Positions 32,299 through 45,001 of a stretch of DNA of 64,000 nt are shown one piece after another. The stretch comes from Escherichia coli. GTDB taxonomy: Bacteria; Pseudomonadota; Gammaproteobacteria; Enterobacterales; Enterobacteriaceae. Location: NCBI RefSeq assembly GCF_017348835.2, contig NZ_CP071375.1. One strand, given 5' to 3'. The notes beneath the pieces were generated by a model that saw only the letters and a program-made list of their open reading frames with translations, was not told the origin of the DNA and made no database searches. Made by a program: the position numbers and the translations under genes. Within the stretch, counting starts at the first letter, position 1; every line of letters starts with the position of its first letter.

Positions 32299-33354
32299 TT
32301 AAAACTGATAGGTCATGCCAACCGCGACAATATCATCATTATTAATATTCAATTTGTTATCGCTATCCAGTTGGTTGATTTTATAATCAACAAACGCTGA
32401 CATATTTTTGTTGAAATAATATGTAGCCCCGACATCGATATAATTGACCAGATCTTCATCACCGATACCTTCAATATCTTTCCCTTTCGATAAGACATAA
32501 CCCAGCGATGGACGCAGACCAAAGTCAAACTGGTATTGAGCGACCGCTTCAAAGTTCTGTGTCTTATTGGCAAAGCCGCCAGTTATTGGCGTCATTTTGC
32601 GTGTTTCAGAATAAAAAGTTGCCAGATAAATATTATTGGCATCGTATTTCAGACCTGTTGCCCATGCTTCTGCACGCTTGCCTGTGCCACGGCTTTGCAG
32701 GTTCTGCTCGTTGGTGCGATCTGAGTTGGTATAGGCCCCACTAATGGCGAAATCGCTGCCGCCAAAGTCATATGTCAATGACGTGCCGAAGCCATCGCCG
32801 TTTTGCTTTTTAACATCGCGGTTTTCGTTTTTCCCTTGATATTGCAGGGTTAAGTTCAGGCCATCGATAACACCGAAGAAGTCGGTGTTCCGATACGTCG
32901 CCAGACCGCTGGCGCGTTTGGTCATAAAGTTGTCGGTCTGCGCCGAGGAGTCGCCACCAAATTCCGGGAACATATCGGTCCAGGCTTCCACGTCATACAA
33001 CGCGCCCAGGTTACGACCATAATCGAAAGAACCCAAATCTTTATATTTCAACCCGGCAAAAGCGAGACGCGTTTTTTGCTGTGCAGTATCACTCTCTGCT
33101 TTATTACCGGCAAACTCTGCTTCCCAACGACCATAACCAGTCAGTTGATCGTTAATTTGTGTTTCGCCTTTAAAACCAAAACGGATATAACTCTGGTCGC
33201 CATCTTTACTGTCGTTATCACTCATATAATGCATGGCTTTAACTTTGCCATAGACATCCAGTTTATTACCGTCTTTGTTATATATTTCTGCGGCCTGTAC
33301 GGATGCAGATGCCACAATGCCCATCACCACTAATGCCCGAGTACTCTTTTTCAT
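32299..33354 (-). CDS. phoE: Outer membrane phosphoporin PhoE
   Basis: Porin sequence ending ...VAVGMTYQF; start placed at [21 protein letters not shown]. Confidence 0.95.
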   Translation of the reverse strand: MKKSTRALVVMGIVASASVQAAEIYNKDGNKLDVYGKVKAMHYMSDNDSKDGDQSYIRFGFKGETQINDQLTGYGRWEAEFAGNKAESDTAQQKTRLAFAGLKYKDLGSFDYGRNLGALYDVEAWTDMFPEFGGDSSAQTDNFMTKRASGLATYRNTDFFGVIDGLNLTLQYQGKNENRDVKKQNGDGFGTSLTYDFGGSDFAISGAYTNSDRTNEQNLQSRGTGKRAEAWATGLKYDANNIYLATFYSETRKMTPITGGFANKTQNFEAVAQYQFDFGLRPSLGYVLSKGKDIEGIGDEDLVNYIDVGATYYFNKNMSAFVDYKINQLDSDNKLNINNDDIVAVGMTYQF

Positions 33355-33389
33355 TTTCATTCCTGATTTTAATTAACGCGCGAATATTC

Positions 33390-33455
33390 AGCGGGAGAGT
33401 CCCGTTGAAAACAGGAAAGTTTTTAACCTGAGATTGTTAAAGATATATTACAGAT
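33390..33455 (-). promoter_or_regulatory. phoE promoter region with Pho-box-like repeats
   Basis: Reverse strand reads CTGTAATATATCTTTAACAATCTCAGG..., resembling PhoB-binding CTGTCATA-type repeats. Confidence 0.5.
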
Positions 33456-33641
33456 TAATAATATTCTTAAAATGTGGTAATTTATTAAATCTGTAATGAA
33501 AGCGTAAACAACTGCCGCTACGCTTGCTGATCCCGCGCAACAAAACGCCATGCTTTGCTCGCAGATGGTTGGCAACCGACGACAGTCCTGCTAAAACGTT
33601 CGTTTGATATCATTTTTCCTAAAATTGAATGGCAGAGAATC

Positions 33642-34745
33642 ATGAGTGACAGCCAGACGCTGGTGATAAAACTCGGCACCAGTGTGCTAACAGGCGGATC
33701 GCGCCGCCTGAACCGTGCCCATATCGTTGAACTTGTTCGCCAGTGCGCGCAGTTACATGCCGCCGGGCATCGGATTGTTATTGTGACGTCGGGCGCGATC
33801 GCCGCCGGACGTGAGCACCTGGGTTACCCGGAACTGCCAGCGACTATTGCCTCGAAACAACTGCTGGCGGCGGTAGGGCAGAGTCGACTGATTCAACTGT
33901 GGGAACAGCTGTTTTCGATTTATGGCATTCACGTCGGGCAGATGCTGCTGACTCGTGCTGATATGGAAGACCGTGAACGCTTCCTGAACGCCCGCGACAC
34001 CCTGCGAGCGTTGCTCGATAACAATATCGTTCCGGTAATCAATGAGAACGATGCTGTCGCTACGGCAGAGATTAAAGTCGGCGATAACGATAACCTTTCT
34101 GCACTGGCGGCGATTCTGGCGGGTGCCGATAAACTGTTGTTACTGACCGATCAAAAAGGTTTGTATACCGCTGACCCGCGCAGTAATCCGCAGGCAGAAT
34201 TGATAAAAGATGTTTACGGTATTGATGACGCACTGCGCGCGATTGCCGGTGACAGCGTTTCAGGCCTCGGAACTGGCGGCATGAGTACCAAATTGCAGGC
34301 CGCGGACGTGGCTTGCCGTGCGGGTATCGACACCATTATTGCCGCGGGCAGCAAGCCGGGCGTCATTGGTGATGTGATGGAAGGCATTTCCGTCGGTACG
34401 CTGTTCCATGCCCAGGCGACTCCGCTTGAAAACCGTAAACGCTGGATTTTCGGTGCGCCGCCTGCGGGTGAAATCACGGTAGATGAAGGGGCAACCGCCG
34501 CCATTCTTGAACGCGGCAGCTCCCTGTTGCCGAAAGGCATTAAAAGCGTGACTGGCAATTTCTCGCGTGGTGAAGTCATCCGCATTTGCAACCTCGAAGG
34601 CCGCGATATCGCCCACGGTGTCAGTCGTTATAACAGCGATGCATTACGCCGTATTGCCGGACACCACTCGCAAGAAATTGATGCAATACTGGGATATGAA
34701 TACGGCCCGGTTGCCGTTCACCGTGATGACATGATTACCCGTTAA
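33642..34745 (+). CDS. proB: Glutamate 5-kinase
   Basis: Start placed at [19 protein letters not shown] (track ORF starts earlier at 33555). Confidence 0.95.
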   Translation: MSDSQTLVIKLGTSVLTGGSRRLNRAHIVELVRQCAQLHAAGHRIVIVTSGAIAAGREHLGYPELPATIASKQLLAAVGQSRLIQLWEQLFSIYGIHVGQMLLTRADMEDRERFLNARDTLRALLDNNIVPVINENDAVATAEIKVGDNDNLSALAAILAGADKLLLLTDQKGLYTADPRSNPQAELIKDVYGIDDALRAIAGDSVSGLGTGGMSTKLQAADVACRAGIDTIIAAGSKPGVIGDVMEGISVGTLFHAQATPLENRKRWIFGAPPAGEITVDEGATAAILERGSSLLPKGIKSVTGNFSRGEVIRICNLEGRDIAHGVSRYNSDALRRIAGHHSQEIDAILGYEYGPVAVHRDDMITR

Positions 34746-34756
34746 GGAGCAGGCTG

Positions 34757-36010
34757 ATGCTGGAACAAATGGGCATTGCCGCGAAGCAAGCCTCGTATAA
34801 ATTAGCGCAACTCTCCAGCCGCGAAAAAAATCGCGTGCTGGAAAAAATCGCCGATGAACTGGAAGCACAAAGCGAAATCATCCTCAACGCTAACGCCCAG
34901 GATGTTGCTGACGCGCGAGCCAATGGCCTTAGCGAAGCGATGCTTGACCGTCTGGCACTGACGCCCGCACGGCTGAAAGGCATTGCCGACGATGTACGTC
35001 AGGTGTGCAACCTCGCCGATCCGGTGGGGCAGGTAATCGATGGCGGCATACTGGACAGCGGCCTGCGTCTTGAGCGTCGTCGCGTACCGCTGGGGGTTAT
35101 TGGCGTGATTTATGAAGCGCGCCCGAACGTGACGGTTGATGTCGCTTCGCTGTGCCTGAAAACCGGTAACGCGGTGATCCTGCGCGGCGGCAAAGAAACC
35201 TGTCGCACTAACGCGGCAACGGTGGCGGTGATTCAGGACGCCCTGAAATCCTGTGGCTTACCGGCGGGTGCCGTGCAGGCAATTGATAATCCTGACCGTG
35301 CGCTGGTCAGTGAAATGCTGCGTATGGATAAATACATCGACATGCTGATCCCGCGCGGCGGGGCTGGTTTGCATAAACTGTGCCGCGAACAGTCGACGAT
35401 CCCGGTGATCACAGGTGGTATAGGCGTATGCCATATTTACGTTGATGAAAGTGCAGAGATCGCTGAAGCATTAAAAGTGATCGTCAACGCGAAAACTCAG
35501 CGTCCGAGCACATGTAATACGGTAGAAACGTTGCTGGTGAATAAAAACATCGCCGATAGCTTCCTGCCCGCATTAAGCAAACAAATGGCGGAAAGCGGCG
35601 TGACATTACACGCAGATGCAGCTGCGCTGACACAGTTGCAGGCAGGCCCCGCGAAGGTGGTGGCTGTTAAAGCGGAAGAGTATGACGATGAGTTTCTGTC
35701 ATTAGATTTGAACGTCAAAATCGTCAGCGATCTTGACGATGCCATCGCCCATATTCGTGAACACGGCACACAACACTCCGATGCGATCCTGACCCGCGAT
35801 ATGCGCAACGCCCAGCGTTTTGTTAACGAAGTGGATTCGTCCGCTGTTTACGTTAACGCCTCTACGCGTTTTACCGACGGCGGCCAGTTTGGACTGGGTG
35901 CGGAAGTGGCGGTAAGCACACAAAAACTCCACGCGCGTGGCCCAATGGGGCTGGAAGCACTGACCACTTACAAGTGGATCGGCATTGGTGATTACACCAT
36001 TCGTGCGTAA
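34757..36010 (+). CDS. proA: Gamma-glutamyl phosphate reductase
   Basis: 417-aa product. Confidence 0.95.
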   Translation: MLEQMGIAAKQASYKLAQLSSREKNRVLEKIADELEAQSEIILNANAQDVADARANGLSEAMLDRLALTPARLKGIADDVRQVCNLADPVGQVIDGGILDSGLRLERRRVPLGVIGVIYEARPNVTVDVASLCLKTGNAVILRGGKETCRTNAATVAVIQDALKSCGLPAGAVQAIDNPDRALVSEMLRMDKYIDMLIPRGGAGLHKLCREQSTIPVITGGIGVCHIYVDESAEIAEALKVIVNAKTQRPSTCNTVETLLVNKNIADSFLPALSKQMAESGVTLHADAAALTQLQAGPAKVVAVKAEEYDDEFLSLDLNVKIVSDLDDAIAHIREHGTQHSDAILTRDMRNAQRFVNEVDSSAVYVNASTRFTDGGQFGLGAEVAVSTQKLHARGPMGLEALTTYKWIGIGDYTIRA

Positions 36011-36124
36011 ATAAAACCGGGTGATGCAAAAGTAGCCATTTGATTCACAAGGCCATTGACGCATCGCCCGGTTAGTTTTAACCTTGTCCACCGTGATTCA
36101 CGTTCGTGAACATGTCCTTTCAGG

Positions 36125-36200
36125 GCCGATATAGCTCAGTTGGTAGAGCAGCGCATTCGTAATGCGAAGGTCGTAGGTTCGACTCCTATTATCGGCACCA
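36125..36200 (+). tRNA. thrW: tRNA-Thr (CGU)
   Basis: GCCGATATAGCTCAGTTGGTAGAGCAGCGCATTCGTAATGCGAAGGTCGTAGGTTCGACTCCTATTATCGGCACCA; cloverleaf with CGT anticodon and encoded CCA. Confidence 0.95.
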
Positions 36201-36214
36201 TTAAAATCAATAAG

Positions 36215-37378
36215 TTACACATCATTAGTACCTTCCTTATTTTTTGACTGGGACAAATTTGGGACCGATGGGTTCAGGATCGAGTCTATTTGCCGTGCGT
36301 GTTCGGTAAGGTGATTAGGTGCAAGGTGAGCATATCGACGAACCATTTCGATAGACTCCCAGCCTCCCATTTCCTGTAAAACTGACAACGGGACTCCGGC
36401 TTGAACCAGCCAACTTGCCCAGGTGTGTCTCAAGTCGTGAAATCTGAAATCATCAATACCAGCCCGTCTCAGCGCCGCTTTCCAGGCTGTGTTTGCGTCA
36501 TACCGCATCTTCCTTACTGTTGGCGCTTTCGTTCCGTCTGGTTTGGTACAGCTTTCCTTGTACACAAATACCCAACGGTGATGATTCCCGATTTGTTTTT
36601 TCAAAACGCGACATGCAGTATCATTCAGCGCAACGCCAATTGCGCGGTTTGATTTACTCTCTTCCGGGTTTATCCATGCCACCCGGCGCTGCATGTCTAT
36701 TTGTTGCCATTCAAGGTTGATGATGTTCGAGCGTCTTAAGCCTGTTGCCAGTGCAAATTCAACAACAGACTTTAATGGCTCCGGACATTCATCAATCAGC
36801 CTTTGTGCTTCATGGGGCTCCAGCCAGCGGATCCGTTTATTCTTTGGTTGAGGCACTTTAATAATTGGTGCCTTATCCAGCATTTTCCATTCACGCTCTG
36901 CGGCTCTTAGTAGGGCCTTTATAAATGAAAGATGCGTAGCCTTCGTTGCAACGGACGCTGGTTTTGGCGTGTATTCTGGAACAGGTTTCCCTTTTTTTCT
37001 GCATGCTTCTGCCCTGAGTCTCCAGTTTTCCTCATGACGCCGGTTCGTCATTTTCTGCATTGCTGAATAAATTTTTGATTCAGTAATGTCTCTTAGTTGC
37101 ATTCCTGCGAAATGTTGAAGCCAGAATCCGATCCGGCTTTTGTCATCGTCCAGTGATTTTTTATGTGCTTTCTCTTCAAGCCACCTGACACACGCTTCCT
37201 CGAACGTTATATCAGGTATTTCACCAAGTTTGCTGACCCGCCATGCTTCAGCCTTTAGCTTGTCATGGAGTTCTGTCGCCTGCCTTTTGTCCTTTGTTCC
37301 AAGAGACTGTTTAAATCTTTTACCGTTCGGCAATGTGAAACTGGCGTACCATATTTCACCTCTGCGGAAGAGTGACAT
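36215..37378 (-). CDS. int: Phage integrase (tyrosine recombinase, P22 Int-like)
   Basis: 387 aa, [46 protein letters not shown]...; C-terminal HDLRHT...Y catalytic region. Confidence 0.9.
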   Translation of the reverse strand: MSLFRRGEIWYASFTLPNGKRFKQSLGTKDKRQATELHDKLKAEAWRVSKLGEIPDITFEEACVRWLEEKAHKKSLDDDKSRIGFWLQHFAGMQLRDITESKIYSAMQKMTNRRHEENWRLRAEACRKKGKPVPEYTPKPASVATKATHLSFIKALLRAAEREWKMLDKAPIIKVPQPKNKRIRWLEPHEAQRLIDECPEPLKSVVEFALATGLRRSNIINLEWQQIDMQRRVAWINPEESKSNRAIGVALNDTACRVLKKQIGNHHRWVFVYKESCTKPDGTKAPTVRKMRYDANTAWKAALRRAGIDDFRFHDLRHTWASWLVQAGVPLSVLQEMGGWESIEMVRRYAHLAPNHLTEHARQIDSILNPSVPNLSQSKNKEGTNDV

Positions 37379-37605
37379 TTTCTTTCCTCTGTTATGCCAT
37401 CACCCGCGCTCACCTGGACAGTATGCAGCGGAGACTGAAGAGCCGCAATGCAGGCTTGTCGTGTTGTGAGGTAAGGAGATTTATTCTTAGTGGGATCTTT
37501 GCGTGTTGCCTGAAGACGCCCTGTGCGTATCCAGTTAATGGCAGTCGGTCTGGATATCTTGAGAAAATGACAGGCCTCATCGAGTGTGAGGCTGTATGGC
37601 TCCAT
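37255..37605 (-). CDS. xis: Excisionase (Xis)
   Basis: 116 aa from the internal [37 protein letters not shown]...; 3' end overlaps the int start. Confidence 0.6.
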   Translation of the reverse strand: MEPYSLTLDEACHFLKISRPTAINWIRTGRLQATRKDPTKNKSPYLTTRQACIAALQSPLHTVQVSAGDGITEERKCHSSAEVKYGTPVSHCRTVKDLNSLLEQRTKGRRQNSMTS

Positions 37606-37910
37606 TATTTCACCTCTTGCTGTGACATTGTTGAAAAATGGATACCAGCTCGTTGCTGCCAGACGATCCAACCGAGAGTCATATCCCATGCCATGTATTC
37701 GTTATCGCCGTTTTTTGCTCTCCGACGATCTACTAAGTCACCGAAACGCTTTTCCATGAATAATTCATAAGCTTCGCGTTCATCTGGCTCTACTTCCAGA
37801 GATAGGAGTGCGATTTCATAAGCACGGCGCTCAATATCGTCTCGCACGTCAAGGCTGCTGATACGCTCTTTAATTTCTTTAATCAGTTCTTTGTCGGTAA
37901 AAGTGGTCAT
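37605..37910 (-). CDS. Phage early-region hypothetical protein (YfdT-like position)
   Basis: 101-aa ORF in operon-like overlap with neighbours. Confidence 0.4.
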   Translation of the reverse strand: MTTFTDKELIKEIKERISSLDVRDDIERRAYEIALLSLEVEPDEREAYELFMEKRFGDLVDRRRAKNGDNEYMAWDMTLGWIVWQQRAGIHFSTMSQQEVK

Positions 37911-38272
37911 TATGCTCCAGCCTCCGGTGCTTTTGGCATTACTGCCCAGTGAGTGATATTGACGTTTTCAAGGTCCCCAACCTGAAATGTCCACTGCCAT
38001 TCTCCGGTTTCTTTTTGTCCCCAGGTGTACCAGAGAGAACGCCAACCAATTAGCCAGCCTTCTCCGTTAGCATCGAATAACAAAACACTTTCATTTGCTG
38101 GTGGCAGTTCAGTTGACACTGGTATTACTTTGTTTTCCTGTGCTGCACATTTAGCTTCAAGCGCATCGAATTTACGCACCAGGTATTCAGCATCTGTTTC
38201 ATTTACTTTCAGATCTCGCGGTACACATCTCCCACGAAGAAACCCTTCCATTTCGAAAACATTCATGCGCAT
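37910..38272 (-). CDS. Phage early-region hypothetical protein (YfdS-like position)
   Basis: 120-aa ORF in operon-like overlap with neighbours; no family recognised. Confidence 0.4.
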   Translation of the reverse strand: MRMNVFEMEGFLRGRCVPRDLKVNETDAEYLVRKFDALEAKCAAQENKVIPVSTELPPANESVLLFDANGEGWLIGWRSLWYTWGQKETGEWQWTFQVGDLENVNITHWAVMPKAPEAGA

Positions 38273-38799
38273 TTGCGTAACTCCGATAACTCGTTAAAGC
38301 GTTCCATAAACATCCCGTAGGCATGGCCCGGTGCCAGTGGAATCACGTTGAACATCTCTGTTGCCGGGATACCTTCCAGTACAGGCCAGAAAGAGCCATC
38401 ATCAAGCCCGAGATCGCGGCGTTCGGTTGCCAGCATGATGAGATCGGCATATTTCACGGGCGTACTCATAACTGGGGGTAACCCGTATTTCTCACGGATT
38501 ACGGCGTCTATTTTTTCTTCCATTTGTTTATAGTCAGGAAGAAGGCGTTTCAGTGGTGCGGGAATGTCCTGGCAATTCGCTTCTGTTGCATCATGCATTA
38601 ACGCTTCAAAAGCAAATTCCTGCGGCACCAACTGGCTGCAAAGAACCGCATGTTGGGCGACGCTGTAGAAGTGCGAAAGATGACCGGCAAAGCGACAGAT
38701 ATTTGAAAGGGAAACCGCGATATCGTTAATATCGATGTCGTCTTTATTTATCCTGTCATAATAAAAATGCTTCCCGGAAAAAGTTTTAATAAATGACAT
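38263..38799 (-). CDS. HD-domain phosphohydrolase, YfdR-like
   Basis: MSFIKTFSGKHFYYDRINKDD...; H...HD motifs (FAGHLSHFYSVAQHAVL...MHDATEA). Confidence 0.65.
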   Translation of the reverse strand: MSFIKTFSGKHFYYDRINKDDIDINDIAVSLSNICRFAGHLSHFYSVAQHAVLCSQLVPQEFAFEALMHDATEANCQDIPAPLKRLLPDYKQMEEKIDAVIREKYGLPPVMSTPVKYADLIMLATERRDLGLDDGSFWPVLEGIPATEMFNVIPLAPGHAYGMFMERFNELSELRKCA

Positions 38800-38926
38800 T
38801 TTGTTCTCCACGTATATGCGCTGCACCGCGCTGAATTTTGGTTAAAGAAAACCCTCGCCATCAGGCGATTATTGAGTTAATTACGTTTCTATAAATGCCC
38901 CCGCAGGGGCATTTGCAGTAATGAAA

Positions 38927-39751
38927 TCAGGCGGTGAAAGTACCAATAAAGGTTTCTACTTTGCTGTCTTTGAATTTTTCAACAAGCAGATTACGAAATT
39001 CGTTAGCCATTTCTTCCTGTACTGCTTCCAGCTGAATAATGCGCAGAACCAGTACAGGGCGATCACCAGTGATAATGCTGAGGCGTAATTTAAACGGACG
39101 TTCTTTCAGGCCTTCAAACGGAACGCATTTAAACTCAAATGCTACTGGCATAATGTCTTTAGTTTTCGCTTCGACAGACTCCATCAGAGAGCGTTTGCCG
39201 CTGAAGTCATTGTCTTCAAAATCAGCGGTCTGGTTTGCTTCAATCGTGATTTTACGGACCGCCGCAGCCGCTTTTGTTGCCTGAATGGCGTCACCATTAG
39301 CATCAAAGCCCACAAGGTAGTCGGCCCAGTCTTCAATCCATTCTGCCAGTGACTTCTGGGAGTTACGCTCGCCGTTAACAGACAACAGGGCAGAGAACGG
39401 TGCTGTCTTTTTCAGTTTGAGAGTGGCGGTGTTATCTGCGTGACCTGGTTCATCAATAGTACCCAGGTTAAGCACACTGACGGCTCGCATATTATCAGCA
39501 TCGATAAAGCAGCGGGTGCCTTCATCTGCAAGATCTTTAGAATAACGGATAAAGTCATCGATGCTGGCAGTGGAAAGCGCACCACGGAAACGGAAGCGAT
39601 TTAAATTAAATTTTTCCAGATCATGAATGCGGAAATTCTCAGGCAATGCCACAGCATCGGCACCAATCTTACTGATAATTTCATTAACACTCTGAGCAGA
39701 AATAAGGGCATGGATTTGATTAATTTCGGTTGCGTCTAAGTTCTGAGACAT
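38927..39751 (-). CDS. YfdQ-like phage protein (DUF2303-type)
   Basis: 274-aa ORF adjacent to the HD-domain gene, as in P22-like early-left regions. Confidence 0.5.
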   Translation of the reverse strand: MSQNLDATEINQIHALISAQSVNEIISKIGADAVALPENFRIHDLEKFNLNRFRFRGALSTASIDDFIRYSKDLADEGTRCFIDADNMRAVSVLNLGTIDEPGHADNTATLKLKKTAPFSALLSVNGERNSQKSLAEWIEDWADYLVGFDANGDAIQATKAAAAVRKITIEANQTADFEDNDFSGKRSLMESVEAKTKDIMPVAFEFKCVPFEGLKERPFKLRLSIITGDRPVLVLRIIQLEAVQEEMANEFRNLLVEKFKDSKVETFIGTFTA

Positions 39752-39816
39752 AATAAGTCCTCACTATATAAAGATATTCAGTGATGAGATAAATAATCAG
39801 TTAATTAAGAACGATA

Positions 39817-40197
39817 TTAATGACCTGCTGCGCGGAGTTTTCCGTCAGGTTCACCGGCAAGAGTCAGTAATTGTCCCTGGTCTTCCTGCAGAATAGTCAG
39901 GCGACCACCGCGATTGACATACATCGGTGTTTCGGTGGTGTCTTCTTCGGAAATTTTCCCGCGGTTAGTCGGGCGAACATATGAGAGTTTGTGTTTGATT
40001 TTCACACGGTTCTCATCAAATGGTTCGATTTCCAGGTTGAGCGAGACCTTACCTTTGGTTTTCGTGTTCATCACACCGGAAGCGACTTCACTGAGAACTG
40101 CGCCGATTTTGGTTTCAAATACGCCGCCGTCCAGCTCCCCGATAAATGCCTGCACATCAGTACTGCGTTCGCTAGCCATTTTGCTGCTCCTCATCAT
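39817..40197 (-). CDS. Phage hypothetical protein (YfdP-like position); start sits at the deletion junction
   Basis: 126-aa ORF whose 5' end coincides with the point where J-homologous sequence begins. Confidence 0.35.
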   Translation of the reverse strand: MMRSSKMASERSTDVQAFIGELDGGVFETKIGAVLSEVASGVMNTKTKGKVSLNLEIEPFDENRVKIKHKLSYVRPTNRGKISEEDTTETPMYVNRGGRLTILQEDQGQLLTLAGEPDGKLRAAGH

Positions 40198-40199
40198 AT

Positions 40200-41874
40200 C
40201 GACCCTGCAAGGTCGGTTATCGCACGGCTGGAAGCAGAAGGCTGGTTAACGCGTAAGGCGCGTCGCCAGGGTAACGGCTGGGAGACGGCGACAGAGCTTG
40301 TTGAAGATACGCAGGCCATTCTCCGTTACGGTCGTAACGTCACGAAGATGGATGCCTTTGGCTGTACCAGCCGGGGGCAGGCGCACCGCGCCGGGCTGTG
40401 GCTGATTAAAACGGAACTACTGGAAACGCAGACCGTGGACTTCAGCGTGGGTGCGGAAGGGCTTCGCCATGTGCCGGGCGATGTCATTGAAATCTGCGAT
40501 GATGACTATGCGGGGATCAGCACCGGCGGGCGCGTGCTGGCGGTGAACAGCCAGACCCGGACGCTGACGCTCGACCGTGAAATCACGCTGCCATCCTCCG
40601 GTACCACGCTGATAAGCCTGGTTGACGGAAGTGGCAATCCGGTCAGCGTGGAGGTCCAGTCCGTCACCGACGGCGTGAAGGTAAAAGTGAGCCGTGTTCC
40701 TGACGGCGTTGCCGGATACAGCGTATGGGGGCTGAAGCTGCCGACGCTGCGCCAGCGCCTGTTCCGCTGCGTGAGTATCCGTGAGAACGACGACGGCACG
40801 TATGCCATCACCGCCGTGCAGCATGTACCGGAAAAAGAAGCCATCGTGGATAACGGGGCGCACTTTGACGGCGACCAGAGCGGCACGGTGAATGGTGTCA
40901 CGCCGCCAGCGGTGCAGCACCTGACCGCAGAAGTCACCGCAGACAGTGGGGAATACCAGGTGCTGGCGCGATGGGACACACCGAAGGTGGTGAAGGGCGT
41001 GAGCTTCCTGCTCCGTCTGACCGTAACAGCGGACGACGGCAGTGAGCGGCTGGTCAGCACGGCCCGGACGACGGAAACCACATACCGCTTCACGCAACTG
41101 GCGCTGGGGAACTACAGGCTGACAGTCCGGGCGGTAAATGCCCGGGGGCAGCAGGGTGATCCGGCGTCGGTATCGTTCCGGATTGCGATGATTAATCCTG
41201 CGAATGGCAACACAAAGCCGATGTTTGTTGGTCAGGGCGATCAGATATTCATGAACGACGTGTTCCTGAAACGCCTGACGGCTCCGACCATTACCAGTGG
41301 CGGTAATCCTCCGGCATTTTCCCTGACACCGGACGGGCGGCTGACGGCGAAAAATGCCGATATCAGCGGTAACGTGAATGCGAACTCCGGGGCGCTCAAC
41401 AACGTCACGATTAACGAGAACTGTCGGGTTCTGGGAAAATTGTCCGCCAACCAGATTGAAGGCGATCTCGTTAAAACAGTGGGCAAAGCTTTCCCCCGGG
41501 ACTCCCGTGCACCGGAACGGTGGCCATCAGGGACCATCACCGTCAGGGTTTATGACGATCAGCCGTTTGACCGGCAGATTGTTATTCCGGCGGTGGCATT
41601 CAGCGGCGCTAAACATGAGCGGGAGAATAACGATATTTATTCGTCATGCCGCCTGATAGTACGGAAAAACGGTGCTGAAATTTATAACCGTACCGCGCTG
41701 GATAATACGCTGATTTACAGTGGTGTTATTGATATGCCAGCTGGTCGCGGCCACATGACGCTGGAGTTTTCGGTGTCATCATGGCTGGTAAATGACTGGT
41801 ATCCCACAGCAAGTATCAGCGATTTGCTGGTTGTGGTGATGAAGAAAGCCACCGCAGGCATCAGTATCAGCTGA
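40200..41874 (+). pseudogene. J: Lambda J-like tail tip/host-specificity gene, 5'-truncated and with an internal deletion
   Basis: ...[94 protein letters not shown]... to the J C-terminus; only the C-terminal part present. Confidence 0.8.
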
Positions 41875-41941
41875 ATTTTATAACCCATATACGGGCGCCA
41901 GAAATGGCGCCTTTTTTATTGCAGAAAAGCGAGAGGTAATT

Positions 41942-42541
41942 ATGCGTAAAGTTTGTGCAGCCATTTTGTCCGCAGCCATCTGTCTGGCCGTATCCGGTGC
42001 GCCTGCATGGGCATCTGAGCAGCAGGCCACGCTGAGCGCAGGGTATCTTCATGCCCGTACGAACGCTTCCGGCAGCGATAATCTGAACGGGATTAACGTG
42101 AAATACCGTTATGAGTTTACGGACACGCTGGGGCTGATTACGTCATTCAGTTATGCCAACGCTGAAGATGAGCAAAAAACGCATTACAGCGATACCCGCT
42201 GGCATGAGGATTCCGTGCGTAATCGCTGGTTCAGCGTGATGGCGGGGCCGTCTGTGCGCGTGAATGAATGGTTCAGCGCGTATGCGATGGCGGGTATGGC
42301 TTACAGCCGTGTGTCGACTTTCTCCGGGGATTATCTCCGCGTAACTGACAACAAGGGGAAAAAGCACGATGTGCTGACCGGAAGTGATGACGGTCGCCAC
42401 AGCAACACGTCTCTGGCGTGGGGAGCTGGCGTGCAGTTTAACCCGACCGAATCCGTGGCCATTGATGTCGCTTATGAAGGCTCCGGCAGTGGTGACTGGC
42501 GCACTGACGGGTTCATCGTGGGTGTTGGTTATAAATTCTGA
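41942..42541 (+). CDS. lom: Lom-family outer membrane protein (Ail/Lom)
   Basis: 199 aa with signal peptide and C-terminal ...GFIVGVGYKF. Confidence 0.9.
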   Translation: MRKVCAAILSAAICLAVSGAPAWASEQQATLSAGYLHARTNASGSDNLNGINVKYRYEFTDTLGLITSFSYANAEDEQKTHYSDTRWHEDSVRNRWFSVMAGPSVRVNEWFSAYAMAGMAYSRVSTFSGDYLRVTDNKGKKHDVLTGSDDGRHSNTSLAWGAGVQFNPTESVAIDVAYEGSGSGDWRTDGFIVGVGYKF

Positions 42542-42599
42542 TTAGCCAGGTAACACAGTGTTATGACAGCCCGCCGGTTCAGGCGGGCTTTTTTGTGGG

Positions 42600-44417
42600 G
42601 TGAATATGGCAGTAAAAATTTCAGGTGTACTGAAAGACGGCACAGGAAAACCGGTACAGAACTGCACAATCCAGCTGAAAGCAAAACGTAACAGTACCAC
42701 GGTGGTGGTGAACACGCTGGCATCTGAAAATCCGGATGAAAAGGGGATAGTACAGCTCAGCAGTGCGACCAACAGCACTTCCGAGTCACTGGCGGCAACG
42801 CCAAAAGCCGTTAAGGCCGCGTATGACCTGGCTAACGGGAAATACACCGCACAGGATGCAACGACAGCACAGAAAGGGATAATCCAGCTAAGCAGCGCGA
42901 CCAACAGCACGTCTGAAACGCTGGCGGCAACGCCAAAGGCAGTAAAAGCAGCCAATGACAATGCTGAGAAACGTCTGCAGAAAGATCAGAACGGTGCGGA
43001 TATCCCTGGCAAAGACACCTTTACGAAAAATATTGGTGCCTGCCGTGCCTTCGGTGGGTCAGTAAGCACAACAACAGGAAACTGGACGACTGCACAGTTT
43101 ATCGAGTGGCTGGATTCTCAGGGAGCATTTAACCATCCATACTGGATGTGCAAGGGTTCCTGGTCTTATGGCAATAATAAAATCATTACTGATACTGGCT
43201 GCGGTAATATTCATCTCGCCGGAGCTGTCATTGAAGTAATGGGGATAAAGTCAGCGATGACGATCCGCATTACCACTCCGACCACATCCAGCGGTGGCGG
43301 AACAACCAACGCCCAGTTTACCTATATTAATCACGGAACAGATTATTCACCTGGCTGGCGAAGGGACTATAACTCCAGAAATAAGCCAACGGCATCAGAG
43401 ATCGGGGCGCTACCGTCAGGTGGAACAGCAGTATCATCAGTTAATCTGGCTTCAAAAGGTCGGGTAGCCGCGCTGACAGACAATACGCAGGGGGCAGCAG
43501 GTCTTGAGTTATACGAGGTGTATAACAACGGATATCCAACAGCGTATGGAAATATCATTCACCTGAAAGGGATGACAGCCGTTGGCGAAGGTGAGTTACT
43601 CATCGGCTGGAGTGGTACAAGTGGTGCTCATGCTCCGGCATTTATTCGTTCACGACGGGATACGACCGACGCAAACTGGTCGCCGTGGGCGCAGCTTTAC
43701 ACCTCGGCTCATCCTCCTGCAGAGTTTTATCCAGTCGGTGCACCAATCCCGTGGCCATCAGATACCGTTCCGTCTGGTTATGCCCTGATGCAGGGGCAGA
43801 CTTTTGACAAATCTGCTTACCCGAAACTTGCAGCCGCTTATCCGTCAGGCGTGATCCCTGATATGCGTGGCTGGACGATTAAGGGCAAGCCCGCCAGTGG
43901 TCGTGCCGTATTGTCTCAGGAACAGGATGGCATTAAATCGCATACCCACAGCGCCAGCGCATCCAGTACGGATTTGGGGACGAAAACCACATCGTCGTTT
44001 GATTACAGCACTAAATCCACGAATAACACTGGTGCGCATACCCATAGTTTAAGTGGCAGCACGAATGCAGCTGGTAATCACAGCCATAGAGATGGCCGTC
44101 GATTTAACCCCAGTGTTTTTAAAGATACTTATCAATATGGTTATACAAGCTCAGGTCAAAATACTTGGGGTGTACAAGGCTCAGTAGGTATGTCTACGGG
44201 GTGGTTAGCTAATACCAGTACAGATGGTAATCATAGCCACTCACTGTCCGGCACAGCAGCATCTGCAGGTGCACACGCGCATACTGTCGGTATTGGTGCT
44301 CATACGCACTCCGTTGCGATTGGTTCACATGGACACACCATCACCGTTAACGCTGCTGGTAACGCGGAAAACACCGTCAAAAACATCGCATTTAACTATA
44401 TTGTGAGGCTTGCATAA
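42600..44417 (+). CDS. stf: Side tail fibre protein Stf (shorter than lambda Stf)
   Basis: [28 protein letters not shown]... N-terminus and the conserved C-terminal His-rich repeats ([27 protein letters not shown]...[18 protein letters not shown]). Confidence 0.85.
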   Translation: MNMAVKISGVLKDGTGKPVQNCTIQLKAKRNSTTVVVNTLASENPDEKGIVQLSSATNSTSESLAATPKAVKAAYDLANGKYTAQDATTAQKGIIQLSSATNSTSETLAATPKAVKAANDNAEKRLQKDQNGADIPGKDTFTKNIGACRAFGGSVSTTTGNWTTAQFIEWLDSQGAFNHPYWMCKGSWSYGNNKIITDTGCGNIHLAGAVIEVMGIKSAMTIRITTPTTSSGGGTTNAQFTYINHGTDYSPGWRRDYNSRNKPTASEIGALPSGGTAVSSVNLASKGRVAALTDNTQGAAGLELYEVYNNGYPTAYGNIIHLKGMTAVGEGELLIGWSGTSGAHAPAFIRSRRDTTDANWSPWAQLYTSAHPPAEFYPVGAPIPWPSDTVPSGYALMQGQTFDKSAYPKLAAAYPSGVIPDMRGWTIKGKPASGRAVLSQEQDGIKSHTHSASASSTDLGTKTTSSFDYSTKSTNNTGAHTHSLSGSTNAAGNHSHRDGRRFNPSVFKDTYQYGYTSSGQNTWGVQGSVGMSTGWLANTSTDGNHSHSLSGTAASAGAHAHTVGIGAHTHSVAIGSHGHTITVNAAGNAENTVKNIAFNYIVRLA

Positions 44418-45001
44418 TGGCATTCAGAATGAGTGAACAACCACGGACCATAAAAATTTATAATCTGCTGGCCGGAACTAATGAATTTATTGGTGAAGGT
44501 GACGCATATATTCCGCCTCATACAGGTCTGCCAGCAAACAGTACCGATATTGCACCGCCAGATATTCCGGCTGGCTTTGTGGCTGTTTTCAACAGTGATG
44601 AGGCATCGTGGCATCTCGTTGAAGATCATCGGGGAAAAACCGTCTATGACGTGGCTTCCGGCGACGCGTTATTTATTTCTGAACTTGGCTCGTTACCGGA
44701 AAATGTCACCTGGTTATCGCCGGAAGGGGAATATCAGAAGTGGAACGGCACAGCCTGGGTGAAGGATACGGAAGCAGAAAAACTGTTCCGGATCCGGGAG
44801 GCGGAAGAAACAAAAAACAACCTGATGCAGGTAGCCAGTGAGCATATTGCGCCACTTCAGGATGCTGCAGATCTGGAAATCGCAACGGAGGAAGAAAACT
44901 CGTTGCTGGAAGCCTGGAAAAAGTATCGGGTGTTGCTGAACCGTGTTAATACAACAACTGCACCTGATATTGAGTGGCCTACGAACCCTGTCAGGGAGTA
45001 A
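44417..45001 (+). CDS. tfa: Tail fibre assembly protein Tfa
   Basis: 194-aa product; ATG overlaps the stf stop. Confidence 0.85.
   Translation: MAFRMSEQPRTIKIYNLLAGTNEFIGEGDAYIPPHTGLPANSTDIAPPDIPAGFVAVFNSDEASWHLVEDHRGKTVYDVASGDALFISELGSLPENVTWLSPEGEYQKWNGTAWVKDTEAEKLFRIREAEETKNNLMQVASEHIAPLQDAADLEIATEEENSLLEAWKKYRVLLNRVNTTTAPDIEWPTNPVRE

Noticed and set aside
40417-41097. Two ~200-aa minus-strand ORFs antisense to the J fragment
   Set aside because: They lie antisense to strongly J-homologous coding sequence.
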